A DNA stretch of 64,000 nucleotides from an uncultured Candidatus Poseidoniales archaeon (GCA_964563355.1 CAZLVU010000003.1:71076-135075); one strand, 5' to 3'. Counted from the first letter of the stretch, positions 1-10,240 are shown. Notes: generated from the letters alone by a model not told the origin. Translations and numbers: made by a program.

Positions 1-270
1 GCATTGATCATCATGGGATACGCCTACTTCGCGGGAGCAGCTTCCCCACCAGGAACCACGATGACACAGCTGATCGCCGCAACCGGCACGGGATTCATGG
101 GCGCCGCAGGCATCCATACCTTCGACGCCAACGGTGACATCGCAGGCAACGGTTACTGCATCGGCGACTTCACTGTTGACGCTGATGGAGCGGCTGTTTA
201 CACGTGCAACGAGCACTGGTCATTGGCCGACCCCCTCGACTACACAAGTGGCACCATTACCGCCAGTTGA
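1..270 (+). CDS. C-terminal fragment of branched-chain amino acid ABC transporter substrate-binding protein (LivK-like), truncated by window edge
   Basis: Open frame from window start; GF.GAAG.HTFDANGD motif typical of the Leu/Ile/Val-binding protein C-terminus; lies directly upstream of Liv permease and ATPases. Confidence 0.75.
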   Translation, partial: ALIIMGYAYFAGAASPPGTTMTQLIAATGTGFMGAAGIHTFDANGDIAGNGYCIGDFTVDADGAAVYTCNEHWSLADPLDYTSGTITAS

Positions 271-295
271 TTAGTTAGGAAAACTGGGACGTAAA

Positions 296-327
296 GCGCT
301 TCGGCGGGCTCCGGCCCGCCGAAGCGC
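296..327 (+). promoter_or_regulatory. Intercistronic perfect hairpin, 14-bp stem with C(UCCG)G tetraloop; probable mRNA stabiliser or attenuator
   Basis: GCGCTTCGGCGGGC-TCCG-GCCCGCCGAAGCGC: the arms are exact reverse complements; no poly-T tail; lies between binding-protein and permease genes. Confidence 0.65.
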
Positions 328-382
328 CCCCCAACAATGATTACTTCAATACTCCACCATCAGCCGGGCCCGATGCCCGGCG

Positions 383-3300
383 ATGATGAAAATGCTTCAA
401 GACCTTAGAGACCAGTGGCTGAATGCCCCTAGGGCGACCAAGAGGATAGTGATAGCTTTCGCGATAATGCTCGATTCCAGCATGGGGCTGCTCTATCAGA
501 ACGGGCTCCTCAATCTCCTGGATTGGGCCTCAGGGGGTGGCATACCCAACGATATGGTCTGGCTTCTTCAGTCAATTGAGTCGATTTCCGGGGCGTTCTT
601 TATTGTCAAGATCCTTTTCGACGATGTACCTGCTGGATACTTGAGGACTCTGGGAATTGCCACATCCCCGCTTTTCCTCCTTCTAGTGGTTTGGGTGACA
701 CTGGACTTTCTTTTCACCGGTCTGGGTAAGGACGCAGCCGTCACAATCGATATGGCAACTCTTGTCGTGGGAACGCTGACTTGGTCATCGACCTACCTTG
801 CAATCGCAGTCGGGTTAACCCTAACATACAAGGTCCAGAGGTACGGGAACTTCGCGCAAAGCGAGCTCTTCATGATTGGCATGTATCTGGCCATGGTGAT
901 GGTTTGGACGGATTTCTTCTTCCCACTACATGACGCTGAGGGGGACGGGGTGTTGGTTTGGTCCCTGCTCGTTTGGACAGTTCTCGCTGCATTCGTAATC
1001 ACCGGCGTAGCCGGAGTTCTGATTGATCGCCTTGTCTACCGTGGTTTCAGGGACAAGGGAGCAACGCCGCAGATCATGATGATCGCATCCCTCGGCGTAG
1101 CACTCATCCTCCGTGCCATCGTCTACCTCCGCTTTGGCGCGGGAAGGAACATGTTCGAGCCAGATGGTGACTGGAGACTGCCCACACTCCGGTGGGACCT
1201 ACCCACTCAGAAGCTCAGATTCAACCTAGGTGTCCGTGACATGGAGGGGGGTGAGCCCTACACCGGTTACGTGTGCGAGGCTGGAGAGAGAGCGATTCAC
1301 GAGGGTGGCAAACCACTATTCGAGATATACGGCACGATGACTGACTGCGCAACAGAATACACAACAGGATACGCCTACTACAAGGGTGCCATGCCTGTGG
1401 TGATATTCAGCTCAGTACTCATGCTGATGGTTCTGCTAAGGAAGACACGACTAGGAAGAAGGATGAGGGCCGTTGCAGACAACCCAGACCTTGCTGCAAG
1501 CAGCGGCATAAACGTCGAACGCATCCAGATGACAAGCGCTTTCCTCTCTGCGGGCATTTCTGGCATGGGAGGCGCTATCTTCGCTATGACCCTCAGGTTC
1601 GCTCCCGAGACAGCCTTCACTCTGTTGTTGCCTTCATTTGCGATCATAGTTTTGGGGACCATAGGCTCGATAGAGGGCGCTATTGTCGCAGCGCTGATAG
1701 TTGGCTTCGTTAGATCCCTCTCCTCACCGATTCTCATAGGGATTGGACTAGATCTGGGCAGATCCAACTACACAGCCCTAGACGGAGTGATGCCATACAT
1801 CTTCTTGGTAGCTATCCTCATGATCATGCCTGAGGGGATAGGTGACGCCTACGAGAAATGGAAGGTCGAAAGACTACGCAAAATAGCTGGGTCAGGTTCC
1901 GATCGCTCCGGCAAGATCGCTGCGGTTCTGGCGCTCTCTCCTCTCGGAGCACTAGGCGCACACAATTTCTGGCAAAGGAAGACAGCTCGCGGCGAATCGA
2001 TGCTGATAGTCACTGCCGCAGCCTACTTTTTCAGTAGGGTCACACGTTTCATCTCAGAGAACTCGTTCGCAGCGGATTCATGCTCTGAGGCGTGCAAGGA
2101 AGGAAGCCACCTTTCGAACTTCCAGATGGTCACTGGTAGGACTGACGGGGACTTCGTTCTTGCAGACTCGCCACTCACAAAGTTCGACCTGCTGAACCAA
2201 AAGAGCCCCCCCGCCGAATTCTCCCCGTTCGAGTCAGAGCAATGGGTCGCTCAAGCAGTCTCAGACATGCACGAGTCTTGGCTAAACCTGATGAACTTCG
2301 AGTTGGAATTCGTTGAGCTTTTGGTATCATTCGGAGATATGATTTGGCCCACTGTCCCCATCATTGTCTGGCTAATCGCCTTCGCAGAGGGCGTATACCT
2401 CCTGCAAGGACGCAAGGATGACCCTCTGACCCCATTAGTTGGACGCATTGACACTCTTGCATCCTCGTTCACTAATCTGAGGAACCGGGTATCCATCGGA
2501 TTTAGCGATTCGATTAAGCCCGCCCAACGGTCATTGGAGGATTTTCAAGCCAGGATAAGCACATCATTAGGTGGGCTGAAAATCCCAGGGGAGGGTCTCA
2601 AGGCGCATTACCAGAAATTCACCGACTGGGCTCCATATGGTAGAGAGAGTCCCAATGGCTCATGGGCTCTGTTCTCCGTGATGCTGGTCTTTTTACTGCT
2701 TTTCGTTGTATGGCTCCCCGTCGCTGACCAAGAAGGTGCACGCTTCATCAAAGCGCTACAAATCTCAAACGTACTAATAACACTCTCAGTTTTCTCTCTG
2801 ATGGCATTCTCCCTCAACCTGCATACCGGAATCACCGGGATGGTAAACTTCGGTGTGATATTCTTTGTTGGAATAGGCGCCATCACGGTTGGCATTCTGA
2901 CTGCCCCCAAGAACCTTCACGGGTACGATTGGCCAATATTCTGGGCAGCCGTGGCCGGGGTGATGCTCGCCGCAGCCGCGGGTTGGTTGCTAGCCTATCC
3001 GACAGCAAGACTGAGGATGGACTACTTTGCCATCGTGACCATCTCCCTCGGAGAGATTGTCAGGGTTCTGTTGATGGGCGAGCCACTCCTCAGGGCCGGA
3101 TCATGGGGCTCTTCGATAGGGATCTCCCGATACAAACTACCCCTTCAGAGCTGGTGGTTCTGCGGTCCTGAGGTGCCTTTGAAGCCCCCCCTTCCCGGAC
3201 CAGACGCGTTACTGGGCACCGCTGATGACCTGATTCTGGAGATGACCTTCGATGAGTGCAGCAACGTGGTGGGGATTGGTAGCCCAGCCGAACGCGTCGG

Positions 3301-4090
3301 TGACTTCCTGAACCTTGGCCAAGCAGCTCCTTACATGATGGTTCTCGCTGTAATTGGAGTCATCTCCCTAGTACTGGTTTGGTGGATGCTTGAGACTATT
3401 CTGAAGTCGCCTTGGGGAAGGATTCTCAAGGCTATAAGGGAGGATGAGGAGGTTGCGCAGCACCACGGTCATGACGTGCTGACTCACAAGGCTGCGAGCT
3501 TGGCCCTTGGAGCTGCCATTGCCGCCCTAGCTGGAACTCTGTGGGCGTGGAAACTCACAGGCTACCAGCCCAGCTTCATGGCTCCAGCCAAATCTACCTT
3601 CCTCGTGTGGGCCGCGTTCGTCGTCGGTGGGGCTGCAAACAACAGGGGCATGGTAATCGGAGCTTTCATCATAGTCCTAATGGAGTTCGTGTTCAACGTA
3701 TTGGTTGCAGGTCAGGGATCCTCCGACCTACCCCTTCATGAAACGGCTGCCCACATAGACTCGCTCTTTGAATGGCTGGTAACTCAGTCGATGGAGGTGG
3801 CTGCATACTTTGCAATAATCGCGGTCATAGGCATTATAATTGGGTGGAGGGGTATGTCCGAGGTCGGATTCTCAGGGGTCATCATCATGATATTCTCCGG
3901 TATAATGATGGACGAGAGATCGATTAGCGAGTCGTTCATTGGTGGATCTCTCCAAGCTGACATGGCCTACGTCAAGGTCCTCCTGATTGGCATGATGATC
4001 CTCTTCTCGCTCAAGTACAATCCCAAGGGCCTTCTCCCAGAGGTCCCAAGCAGACCCCCTCGTCCCTCAGGAGGTGAATCGAGTGACTGA
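383..4090 (+). CDS. Fused branched-chain amino acid ABC permease (LivH + LivM) with inserted domains
   Basis: LivH motifs (GLTLTY..QRYGNFAQ, TRLGRRMRAVADNPDLA..SGIN) and LivM motifs (SLNLHTGITGMVNFG, RLRMDYFAIVTI, SPWGRILKAIREDE) in one 1235-aa ORF. Confidence 0.9.
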   Translation: MMKMLQDLRDQWLNAPRATKRIVIAFAIMLDSSMGLLYQNGLLNLLDWASGGGIPNDMVWLLQSIESISGAFFIVKILFDDVPAGYLRTLGIATSPLFLLLVVWVTLDFLFTGLGKDAAVTIDMATLVVGTLTWSSTYLAIAVGLTLTYKVQRYGNFAQSELFMIGMYLAMVMVWTDFFFPLHDAEGDGVLVWSLLVWTVLAAFVITGVAGVLIDRLVYRGFRDKGATPQIMMIASLGVALILRAIVYLRFGAGRNMFEPDGDWRLPTLRWDLPTQKLRFNLGVRDMEGGEPYTGYVCEAGERAIHEGGKPLFEIYGTMTDCATEYTTGYAYYKGAMPVVIFSSVLMLMVLLRKTRLGRRMRAVADNPDLAASSGINVERIQMTSAFLSAGISGMGGAIFAMTLRFAPETAFTLLLPSFAIIVLGTIGSIEGAIVAALIVGFVRSLSSPILIGIGLDLGRSNYTALDGVMPYIFLVAILMIMPEGIGDAYEKWKVERLRKIAGSGSDRSGKIAAVLALSPLGALGAHNFWQRKTARGESMLIVTAAAYFFSRVTRFISENSFAADSCSEACKEGSHLSNFQMVTGRTDGDFVLADSPLTKFDLLNQKSPPAEFSPFESEQWVAQAVSDMHESWLNLMNFELEFVELLVSFGDMIWPTVPIIVWLIAFAEGVYLLQGRKDDPLTPLVGRIDTLASSFTNLRNRVSIGFSDSIKPAQRSLEDFQARISTSLGGLKIPGEGLKAHYQKFTDWAPYGRESPNGSWALFSVMLVFLLLFVVWLPVADQEGARFIKALQISNVLITLSVFSLMAFSLNLHTGITGMVNFGVIFFVGIGAITVGILTAPKNLHGYDWPIFWAAVAGVMLAAAAGWLLAYPTARLRMDYFAIVTISLGEIVRVLLMGEPLLRAGSWGSSIGISRYKLPLQSWWFCGPEVPLKPPLPGPDALLGTADDLILEMTFDECSNVVGIGSPAERVGDFLNLGQAAPYMMVLAVIGVISLVLVWWMLETILKSPWGRILKAIREDEEVAQHHGHDVLTHKAASLALGAAIAALAGTLWAWKLTGYQPSFMAPAKSTFLVWAAFVVGGAANNRGMVIGAFIIVLMEFVFNVLVAGQGSSDLPLHETAAHIDSLFEWLVTQSMEVAAYFAIIAVIGIIIGWRGMSEVGFSGVIIMIFSGIMMDERSISESFIGGSLQADMAYVKVLLIGMMILFSLKYNPKGLLPEVPSRPPRPSGGESSD

Positions 4091-4871
4091 GGTGCTTGGG
4101 GTAAAGGATCTGAGGATGGAGTTCGGCGGATTGGTAGCTGTCAAGAACGTCTCGTTCGACGTGCAGGGGGGCGAGTTCGTGGGGCTAATTGGACCGAACG
4201 GATGCGGCAAGTCCACCACCTTCAACTGCATCAGCGGACTACTGCGCCAAACCTCGGGAACCGTGGAGATGTTCGGGCAGGACGTTTCGGACATGCGCCC
4301 GGACCAGATTCAGAATCTCGGGATGACTAGAACGTTTCAGCACACTAGGCTCTGGCGTCGGATGACCGTAATTGAGAATCTGCTGGTTCCACCCAGAGGG
4401 CAGTTCAAACCCAATTTGCTGACGGCTCTACTACAACCGGACTCTCGTCCTGAGGAGGGGGAGAGAGTGAGCAGGGCTTACTCTGTTCTGGACCAACTTG
4501 AGGTCCCGCACATGGCCCACAACCTCACCAGCGACCTCTCCGGTGGGCAGAGCAAGCTGGTGGACATAGGACGCTCGATGATGGGGCAACCAAAGTTGCT
4601 GCTTCTCGATGAGCCAGTAGCTGGTGTGGCTGGCCCACTGGCCATGAAGATATTCAACAACCTCAGGAGAATTGTCGACGAGACCGGAATCTCGGTACTA
4701 ATCATCGAGCACAACATGGACTTCATCCTTAGGCAGGGTGTTGACCGAATCATCGTTATGAACGAGGGCGAGGTCCTAATGCAGGGCACTCCGGACGAGG
4801 TCCGCAGCAACAGATCCGTAATCGAGGCTTACCTAGGCGCAGCAGGGGATTCTGAGGGGGAGGAAGAATGA
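4083..4871 (+). CDS. livG: Branched-chain amino acid ABC transporter ATP-binding protein
   Basis: FGGLVAV, Walker A GPNGCGKST, RTFQ, LSGGQ, LLLLDEP, IEHNM, VIEAYLG; GTG start after GGAGGTGA. Confidence 0.92.
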   Translation: MTEVLGVKDLRMEFGGLVAVKNVSFDVQGGEFVGLIGPNGCGKSTTFNCISGLLRQTSGTVEMFGQDVSDMRPDQIQNLGMTRTFQHTRLWRRMTVIENLLVPPRGQFKPNLLTALLQPDSRPEEGERVSRAYSVLDQLEVPHMAHNLTSDLSGGQSKLVDIGRSMMGQPKLLLLDEPVAGVAGPLAMKIFNNLRRIVDETGISVLIIEHNMDFILRQGVDRIIVMNEGEVLMQGTPDEVRSNRSVIEAYLGAAGDSEGEEE

Positions 4872-5587
4872 CTAGAGTGCTTGATGTAAGGGAGCTCAAC
4901 GGTGGCTACGGCACAGTCCAAATCCTGTACGACATCGACATTCACGTAGACGAGGGAGAGTTTGTCACAATCATCGGCCCCAACGGCTGCGGCAAGTCCA
5001 CTCTGATCAAAACCATTTTTGGAATTGCGACTTACTACGGCGGCGAAATCGAGTATGACGGACAGGACGTCTCAGGATGGCGTACAGACCAACTGGTGAA
5101 CCACGGCATCGCATACGTACCCCAGGTGGACAATGTATTCCCATCCCTTTCCGTAGAGGAGAATCTACAGATGGGCGGAAACGCTCTTCCTAACGACACG
5201 CTCAACAAGAGGATCCAGCGCTCATTGGAGATGTTCCCAGACCTCCGATCCCGAGAGCACGACCTAGCCGCCTCGCTTTCTGGCGGTGAGAGACAAATGC
5301 TCGCAATTTCACGGGCATTAATCTCCAATCCCAAATTCTTGCTTCTAGATGAGCCCACCGCAGCCCTCTCCCCGTTGTATCAGCAGCAGATCATTGAGCG
5401 CATCGACTCCCTGCGTGAGCGGGGAATTACCATTTTGATCGTGGAGCAGAATGCCCGCCTGTCCCTAGCCCGCTCCGATCGAGGCTACATCATGGCCAAT
5501 GGCAAGGTGGTACATTCAGGTGATGCACAGCACATATTGACCGATCCAGAGATTGGCGAGTATTTCCTCGGCACGACTGGGCATTAA
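4868..5587 (+). CDS. livF: Branched-chain amino acid ABC transporter ATP-binding protein
   Basis: GPNGCGKST, YVPQ, LSGGERQMLA, LLLDEP, VEQNA; ATGA overlap with livG. Confidence 0.92.
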   Translation: MTRVLDVRELNGGYGTVQILYDIDIHVDEGEFVTIIGPNGCGKSTLIKTIFGIATYYGGEIEYDGQDVSGWRTDQLVNHGIAYVPQVDNVFPSLSVEENLQMGGNALPNDTLNKRIQRSLEMFPDLRSREHDLAASLSGGERQMLAISRALISNPKFLLLDEPTAALSPLYQQQIIERIDSLRERGITILIVEQNARLSLARSDRGYIMANGKVVHSGDAQHILTDPEIGEYFLGTTGH

Positions 5588-5622
5588 GAATTTTCAATCC
5601 AGCAGACTCAGGCATTTCGGAA

Positions 5623-7437
5623 TTATCCAATGTTCGCCAAAGCTTGCTGTGCCCACATCATCTTCGCGACTCTCCCCGGCATTAGCTCAAGGGCCTCGTT
5701 AACCGCCTCGATAGTAACCGGGTCCATCTTGGAAAGCTGCTCGAACGAATGAATCCCCAGGACATTGAGTTTCTTCTGAGTCGTCTCATCTACTCCTTCA
5801 ATCTTGGTTAGGTCGTCCGGCTCCATTTCCTCCGCTCTGCCTATCTGATCCCAGTTGATTTGGTCCGCATTGAATCCCGTTTTCTCAGTGTTCTCGATTC
5901 CCCCCTGTGCACTTGGTGCTTCATCGTCAACTTCGTCCAGTCCAATGATTGTAGAAGCCTGCTCCGTCCACTTCATACTATCAATCCTGCCTGGCATGAA
6001 TTCCAGAACGTCATTCACAGACTCCGTTACCGCAGAATCCATCTTTGAAATTTGATTGAATGTCTGAATCCCCAGGACATTGAGCTTCTTCTGGGTAAAT
6101 TCGTCTATTCCTTGAATCCTAGTGAGATCATCCGACTCTCCGGTCTCCGCTCTGCCTATCGGGTCCCAGTGGATTTGATCGGTTCGTTCGCTAACCCTCT
6201 TGAGAATCAATTCCTCCCTCTCACCTTTCTCCTCATCAGCCGCAATTTGTTCGACGTTCTTTTCGATTTCCTCGGCCTTTCGAGCAGCTTCGTCCGCTCT
6301 CTTCTTGGCAGCCTCCGCCTCCTCCTTGGCCTCCTCGGCCTCCGCCTCCTCGATCTCGGCAATCATGCGTGCCTCCTCGGCCTCCGCCTCCTCGGCCTCC
6401 GCTTTCATGAGTGCCTCCTCGGCCTCCGCCTTGGCCGCTGCGGCCTCCGCCTCCGCCTCCTTAAGGGCCTTCTCAGCCTTCGCCTTCGCCTTCGCTTCCA
6501 AGCGAGCCTGCTCAGCCTCAGCCTCGATCTTTTCTTGGGCTTCTTGCTCCGTCCGCGCCTCTTCCTTCGATGCTTCAAGAACCTCTTGCTTCTGCGCCAT
6601 CTCCGCCTCGAGCCTTTTCATCTCAGCTTGAATCAGCTCGATATCTCTTTCAGCTTCATCAGATTTCCTAGCAGCCTCGCTCTCGGACCCATTATCTTCT
6701 TCATCCTCACTCGAAATCTGGACATCCTGCTCTTTGATGTCGCTCACCTCATTCGATTCATGATTTAATACCTCAACCTTGTCCTCACTGTTAGCCTGCT
6801 TACCATGGAATTCTTCCGATTGAACTCCCACCCCGGTCTTGCCCTCCATCAAACTAGAAACCACATTGGGAATAAGGCGCAAAGACTCTTTCATTCGGTG
6901 GTTGTCATCAACTTCATGAAGCACCACAATCGCACTATCCTCCGAGACGCTTCTCGAGCATCTAATTGGCACCACTTCATCGTATATTCCATGCATTATT
7001 GCAGTTGGATGCGCAGGATTCGGCCAGGACATTTTCTCTGCTGATTCCATGAACTCCCATGGTAGCATTATGTCCAATTCGAAGCCTGTGTATCTCCTCT
7101 CCCCAGTTTGCTTCCACGCACTCTTCCCTGCTTCCCCCAAGCCTTCCCAATTATCAGCCAAGCCAAAGGCAGGAGCTAATAGCAGTAATCGTACGTTCGC
7201 TTCGGGCCTCATAGAAGAGGCGTTTGCAGCAGCGAGGCCACCCATCGAAGAGCCAACCACAAGATCATAATGATCTTCATCTATGTGGCGAATTAGAACT
7301 TCGGTCTGGCTGGCAATGCTCCACCCTAACTCCGACATCACCGGTGCCGTGACGTCCCAGCCCAATGCATCTTTCATGTAGACAGCCTTGGACCCCGTAG
7401 GGCTACCCTCAAAACCATGAGCGAATAGTACCTTCAA
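5623..7437 (-). CDS. YqiA/UPF0227-like alpha/beta hydrolase fused to an Ala/Glu/Lys coiled coil and two C-terminal HhH-like (DUF4332/COG3743-like) domains
   Basis: HGFEGSP, nucleophile elbow GSSMGG, HG.YDEVVP, DDNHR; EA-rich helical region; two DDLT.I.G.D...QKKLNVLGI..F.Q.SKM repeats. Confidence 0.75.
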   Translation of the reverse strand: MKVLFAHGFEGSPTGSKAVYMKDALGWDVTAPVMSELGWSIASQTEVLIRHIDEDHYDLVVGSSMGGLAAANASSMRPEANVRLLLLAPAFGLADNWEGLGEAGKSAWKQTGERRYTGFELDIMLPWEFMESAEKMSWPNPAHPTAIMHGIYDEVVPIRCSRSVSEDSAIVVLHEVDDNHRMKESLRLIPNVVSSLMEGKTGVGVQSEEFHGKQANSEDKVEVLNHESNEVSDIKEQDVQISSEDEEDNGSESEAARKSDEAERDIELIQAEMKRLEAEMAQKQEVLEASKEEARTEQEAQEKIEAEAEQARLEAKAKAKAEKALKEAEAEAAAAKAEAEEALMKAEAEEAEAEEARMIAEIEEAEAEEAKEEAEAAKKRADEAARKAEEIEKNVEQIAADEEKGEREELILKRVSERTDQIHWDPIGRAETGESDDLTRIQGIDEFTQKKLNVLGIQTFNQISKMDSAVTESVNDVLEFMPGRIDSMKWTEQASTIIGLDEVDDEAPSAQGGIENTEKTGFNADQINWDQIGRAEEMEPDDLTKIEGVDETTQKKLNVLGIHSFEQLSKMDPVTIEAVNEALELMPGRVAKMMWAQQALANIG

Positions 7438-7896
7438 TCAATCACCTATTTCGCAGAACGAAATTCTAAGGAACTCGCTTCCAGTTTGCTCTCTCTGAAA
7501 CGGATAGTGCTCGTCGCCTAGTACACGAAGGTGTATCTCAGCGGTCACCTCGACAAAAGCCTCGAAAAGATGCCCCCCCCTCACTACGTGGTCATTGTCT
7601 GAGCAGACAATGTGTATGTGGGAGAACGCCCCCTCCGGACCCGGAGCTAGGCTCCCCTGCATCGATAGCAGCTCCATTGGCTCATTGTGAGCCATCTTCT
7701 GGTAGACTCCATCTCCATCAAGGAAACCAATCACTGTATCTCGCAACCTCCCTATTCCGCTGGTAATTGCCGCGGTTGAGATTCCTTGCTCTCCCAGACG
7801 TCTGATGGAGGCATGCAACTCCTCACCTTTGTCTAGTCTGACGAAGACATCCTGACCAACTCGCACGTGCTCCACGAACTCCGATTGGACAACCAA
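7438..7896 (-). CDS. PPC (DUF296) domain protein
   Basis: RLDKGEE, SGIG, ELLSMQG, HIHIV, GGHL..A.V.VTAEI motifs. Confidence 0.88.
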   Translation of the reverse strand: MVVQSEFVEHVRVGQDVFVRLDKGEELHASIRRLGEQGISTAAITSGIGRLRDTVIGFLDGDGVYQKMAHNEPMELLSMQGSLAPGPEGAFSHIHIVCSDNDHVVRGGHLFEAFVEVTAEIHLRVLGDEHYPFQREQTGSEFLRISFCEIGD

Positions 7897-8089
7897 ACTT
7901 CAAACTCTCCCATGGAGTGTCCGGTGCCTCGGCTCGGTTTCTGTTGACGTTGCAGTAGAAGTCAGAAGTACCAGCGTTGCCACCCTGCGCCGACTAAACT
8001 TCTCCACTGGAAGCAAAGGGGTCGGAATTTATCACCGTACTGTTGATAGGCCTTGCCTTCGGAGGCACAAAGCCGGGCGGTGAAATCCT

Positions 8090-10240
8090 TTGACTATGGC
8101 AGCACATGACGCCTCCGCGAGATGGAGGACCTTCCTAGAGGAGACCAAGGAACCGCAAGTAATGACCCTCCTTTCTCTCCAATCAAATTACCCATATTTG
8201 TCAATCCCATTCCATGATCTTCAGATCTTTGACCCTGAGTTCGCGGAGGACGTCCTCGAGCACCCAAAGCCAATCCTTGCAGCAGGTTCGAAGACCCTAA
8301 TGGATATCTGCAGGGATCGGGGTGAGGACATCGATGCCATCCTCCGTGTCGGTGAACTGCCTAGAGACAGCCGCAAACCCCTGAGGGAGATAGGGAGCGC
8401 CGATATTGACAAGCTTCGCAGCATCGATGTCATAGTGACCAAGATTTCGGAGATAAAACCCAGAATACACCGGGCCGTGTTCAAATGCGAATCTTGTGGA
8501 TTTGATATTGAAGTCAACCAGGAGAACGAGAGAGAGCTCAAGGAACCGCTCAACTGCCCCCAATCTATCGGTGGCTGTGGGAGTTCCAAAGCTAATACTA
8601 GGTTCGACCTAGTTCTAATTAGCTCGAGGATGGTAAACAATCAGTGGATTGAGATCCAGGAGCAACCGGAGAATGTACCCAGTGGAGCGCAACCCAGGAG
8701 GGGGATGGTGCTCATAGAGGGTGATCAAGTGAACAAACATCTCCCCGGCGAGCGGATTACAGCCAATGTGATTCCTGTAGTCAGAAGTGAAATCAGGAAT
8801 CGAAAGAAAACCCCAATGTTCGATGTAATCTTCCACCTCGTCAGCTCCGAGCACGAGAGCACCCCGTTCACGGAGATCTCAATCGATGAGGGAGATAGGG
8901 ACCGGATAATTGAGATCTCAAAACGTGATGACCTATTGACTCTGATACAGCGATCCATAGCCCCCTCAGTTTTCGCAACTGGGATTCTGGGTCATGTTAA
9001 ACGCTCCCTTGCGCTCCAGCTTTTCGGCGGGGTTTCCCGTGTCAATGCGGACAAGACCCGATCCCGCGGCGACATCCATATCCTCCTGATGGGTGACCCA
9101 GGTGTGGCCAAATCCCACCTTCTTTCCTTCATCTCCAAGCTATCTCCTCGAGGCAGATTCGCAACCGGAGGGGGCGTCTCTGGAGCTGGACTAACTGCAG
9201 CTGCAGTTAGGGATGCCTTCGGAGATGGGAGGTTCGCCTTGGAGGCTGGAGTTCTACCCCTTTCTGACCGCGGGCTCGCTGCGATCGATGAGTTCGACAA
9301 GATTTCGGAGGAGGACCGCAGGATGATGCACCCTGCTATGGAGCAACAACAGGTGCATGTAGCGAAGGGTGGGATTACGGCAACCTTGCATTCTCGATGC
9401 TCCATCTTGGCTGCTGCAAACCCTAAGGACGGTCGATTTAGCAAGAGAGGGGCCAATCAGAGCGTTATGCGTTCTTTCAAGGAGACGGGTCTTCCTCCAC
9501 CACTGGCGTCTAGGTTTGACATCATTTGGATGATTAGGGACGAGATTCGCGTCAAAGACGACGAGAGGATAGCTAGACATATTCTAGACAACAAAACTTC
9601 TGGAATTAGTGAGACTAAGCTGGAGGAGACTCTGAAACTGAACACCTCTGACTTAGATCCAGATCGCATTTTCGACGAAACCCAGAATGGCTCCAAGTAC
9701 CTCTCTCAGGATTTCCTGAGGAAGTACATCGCTTACTCAAAGAGAATAGTTCACCCGCAGTTGGATGAGGGCGCGAAATCGGAGATTCTAGAATACTATA
9801 CTAATGAGAGGATGTCCTTCGGGCGGGAGGATCAGATGGGCGAATCACAGGTGGTCCCCATTACCGCCCGAGCCCTTGAAGCACTGATCCGACTGACTGA
9901 GGCTCATGCTAGGATGCACCTGAGAGACATAGCAACCTCAGCCGATGCCAAGGTAGCACTGGCCGTATTCAAGCACTGGCGGGATGAGTCAGGAATAGAG
10001 GACGAGTCCGAACTCCACTCAGGCGTTTCTGTGAGGGCTCGGGGTAACAATGCCACTATTCGTCAGATAGTTAGAGATGTCTGCTCTGAGCACAGCGGAG
10101 TTGCGGAAAGAACCCAGATTCACAATCTGGCCACTAACCGAGGAATTTCAGACAACGAAGTCGACAACGTGATTTCCAAGATGCTGATCAGCGGCGAGCT
10201 ATGGAGCCCTCGGAATGATTGCTTCTCTTTTGTCCGTTGA
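8090..10240 (+). CDS. mcm: MCM replicative helicase
   Basis: Zn finger CESC..CPQSIGGC, RGDIHILLMGDPGVAKS Walker A, IDEFDK Walker B, AAANP, SRFD arginine finger, ITARALEALIRL. Confidence 0.97.
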   Translation: MTMAAHDASARWRTFLEETKEPQVMTLLSLQSNYPYLSIPFHDLQIFDPEFAEDVLEHPKPILAAGSKTLMDICRDRGEDIDAILRVGELPRDSRKPLREIGSADIDKLRSIDVIVTKISEIKPRIHRAVFKCESCGFDIEVNQENERELKEPLNCPQSIGGCGSSKANTRFDLVLISSRMVNNQWIEIQEQPENVPSGAQPRRGMVLIEGDQVNKHLPGERITANVIPVVRSEIRNRKKTPMFDVIFHLVSSEHESTPFTEISIDEGDRDRIIEISKRDDLLTLIQRSIAPSVFATGILGHVKRSLALQLFGGVSRVNADKTRSRGDIHILLMGDPGVAKSHLLSFISKLSPRGRFATGGGVSGAGLTAAAVRDAFGDGRFALEAGVLPLSDRGLAAIDEFDKISEEDRRMMHPAMEQQQVHVAKGGITATLHSRCSILAAANPKDGRFSKRGANQSVMRSFKETGLPPPLASRFDIIWMIRDEIRVKDDERIARHILDNKTSGISETKLEETLKLNTSDLDPDRIFDETQNGSKYLSQDFLRKYIAYSKRIVHPQLDEGAKSEILEYYTNERMSFGREDQMGESQVVPITARALEALIRLTEAHARMHLRDIATSADAKVALAVFKHWRDESGIEDESELHSGVSVRARGNNATIRQIVRDVCSEHSGVAERTQIHNLATNRGISDNEVDNVISKMLISGELWSPRNDCFSFVR

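Noticed and set aside
6052-6768. Long plus-strand ORFs (238 aa, 143 aa) rich in Leu/Arg/Ser/Ala
   Set aside because: Antisense shadows of the low-complexity GAG/GCC coiled-coil codons of 5623..7437
7897-8089. Intergenic region before mcm as replication origin or ncRNA
   Set aside because: No ORB-like repeats, AT-rich unwinding element or cdc6 visible; only a 5-bp hairpin; consistent with a divergent promoter
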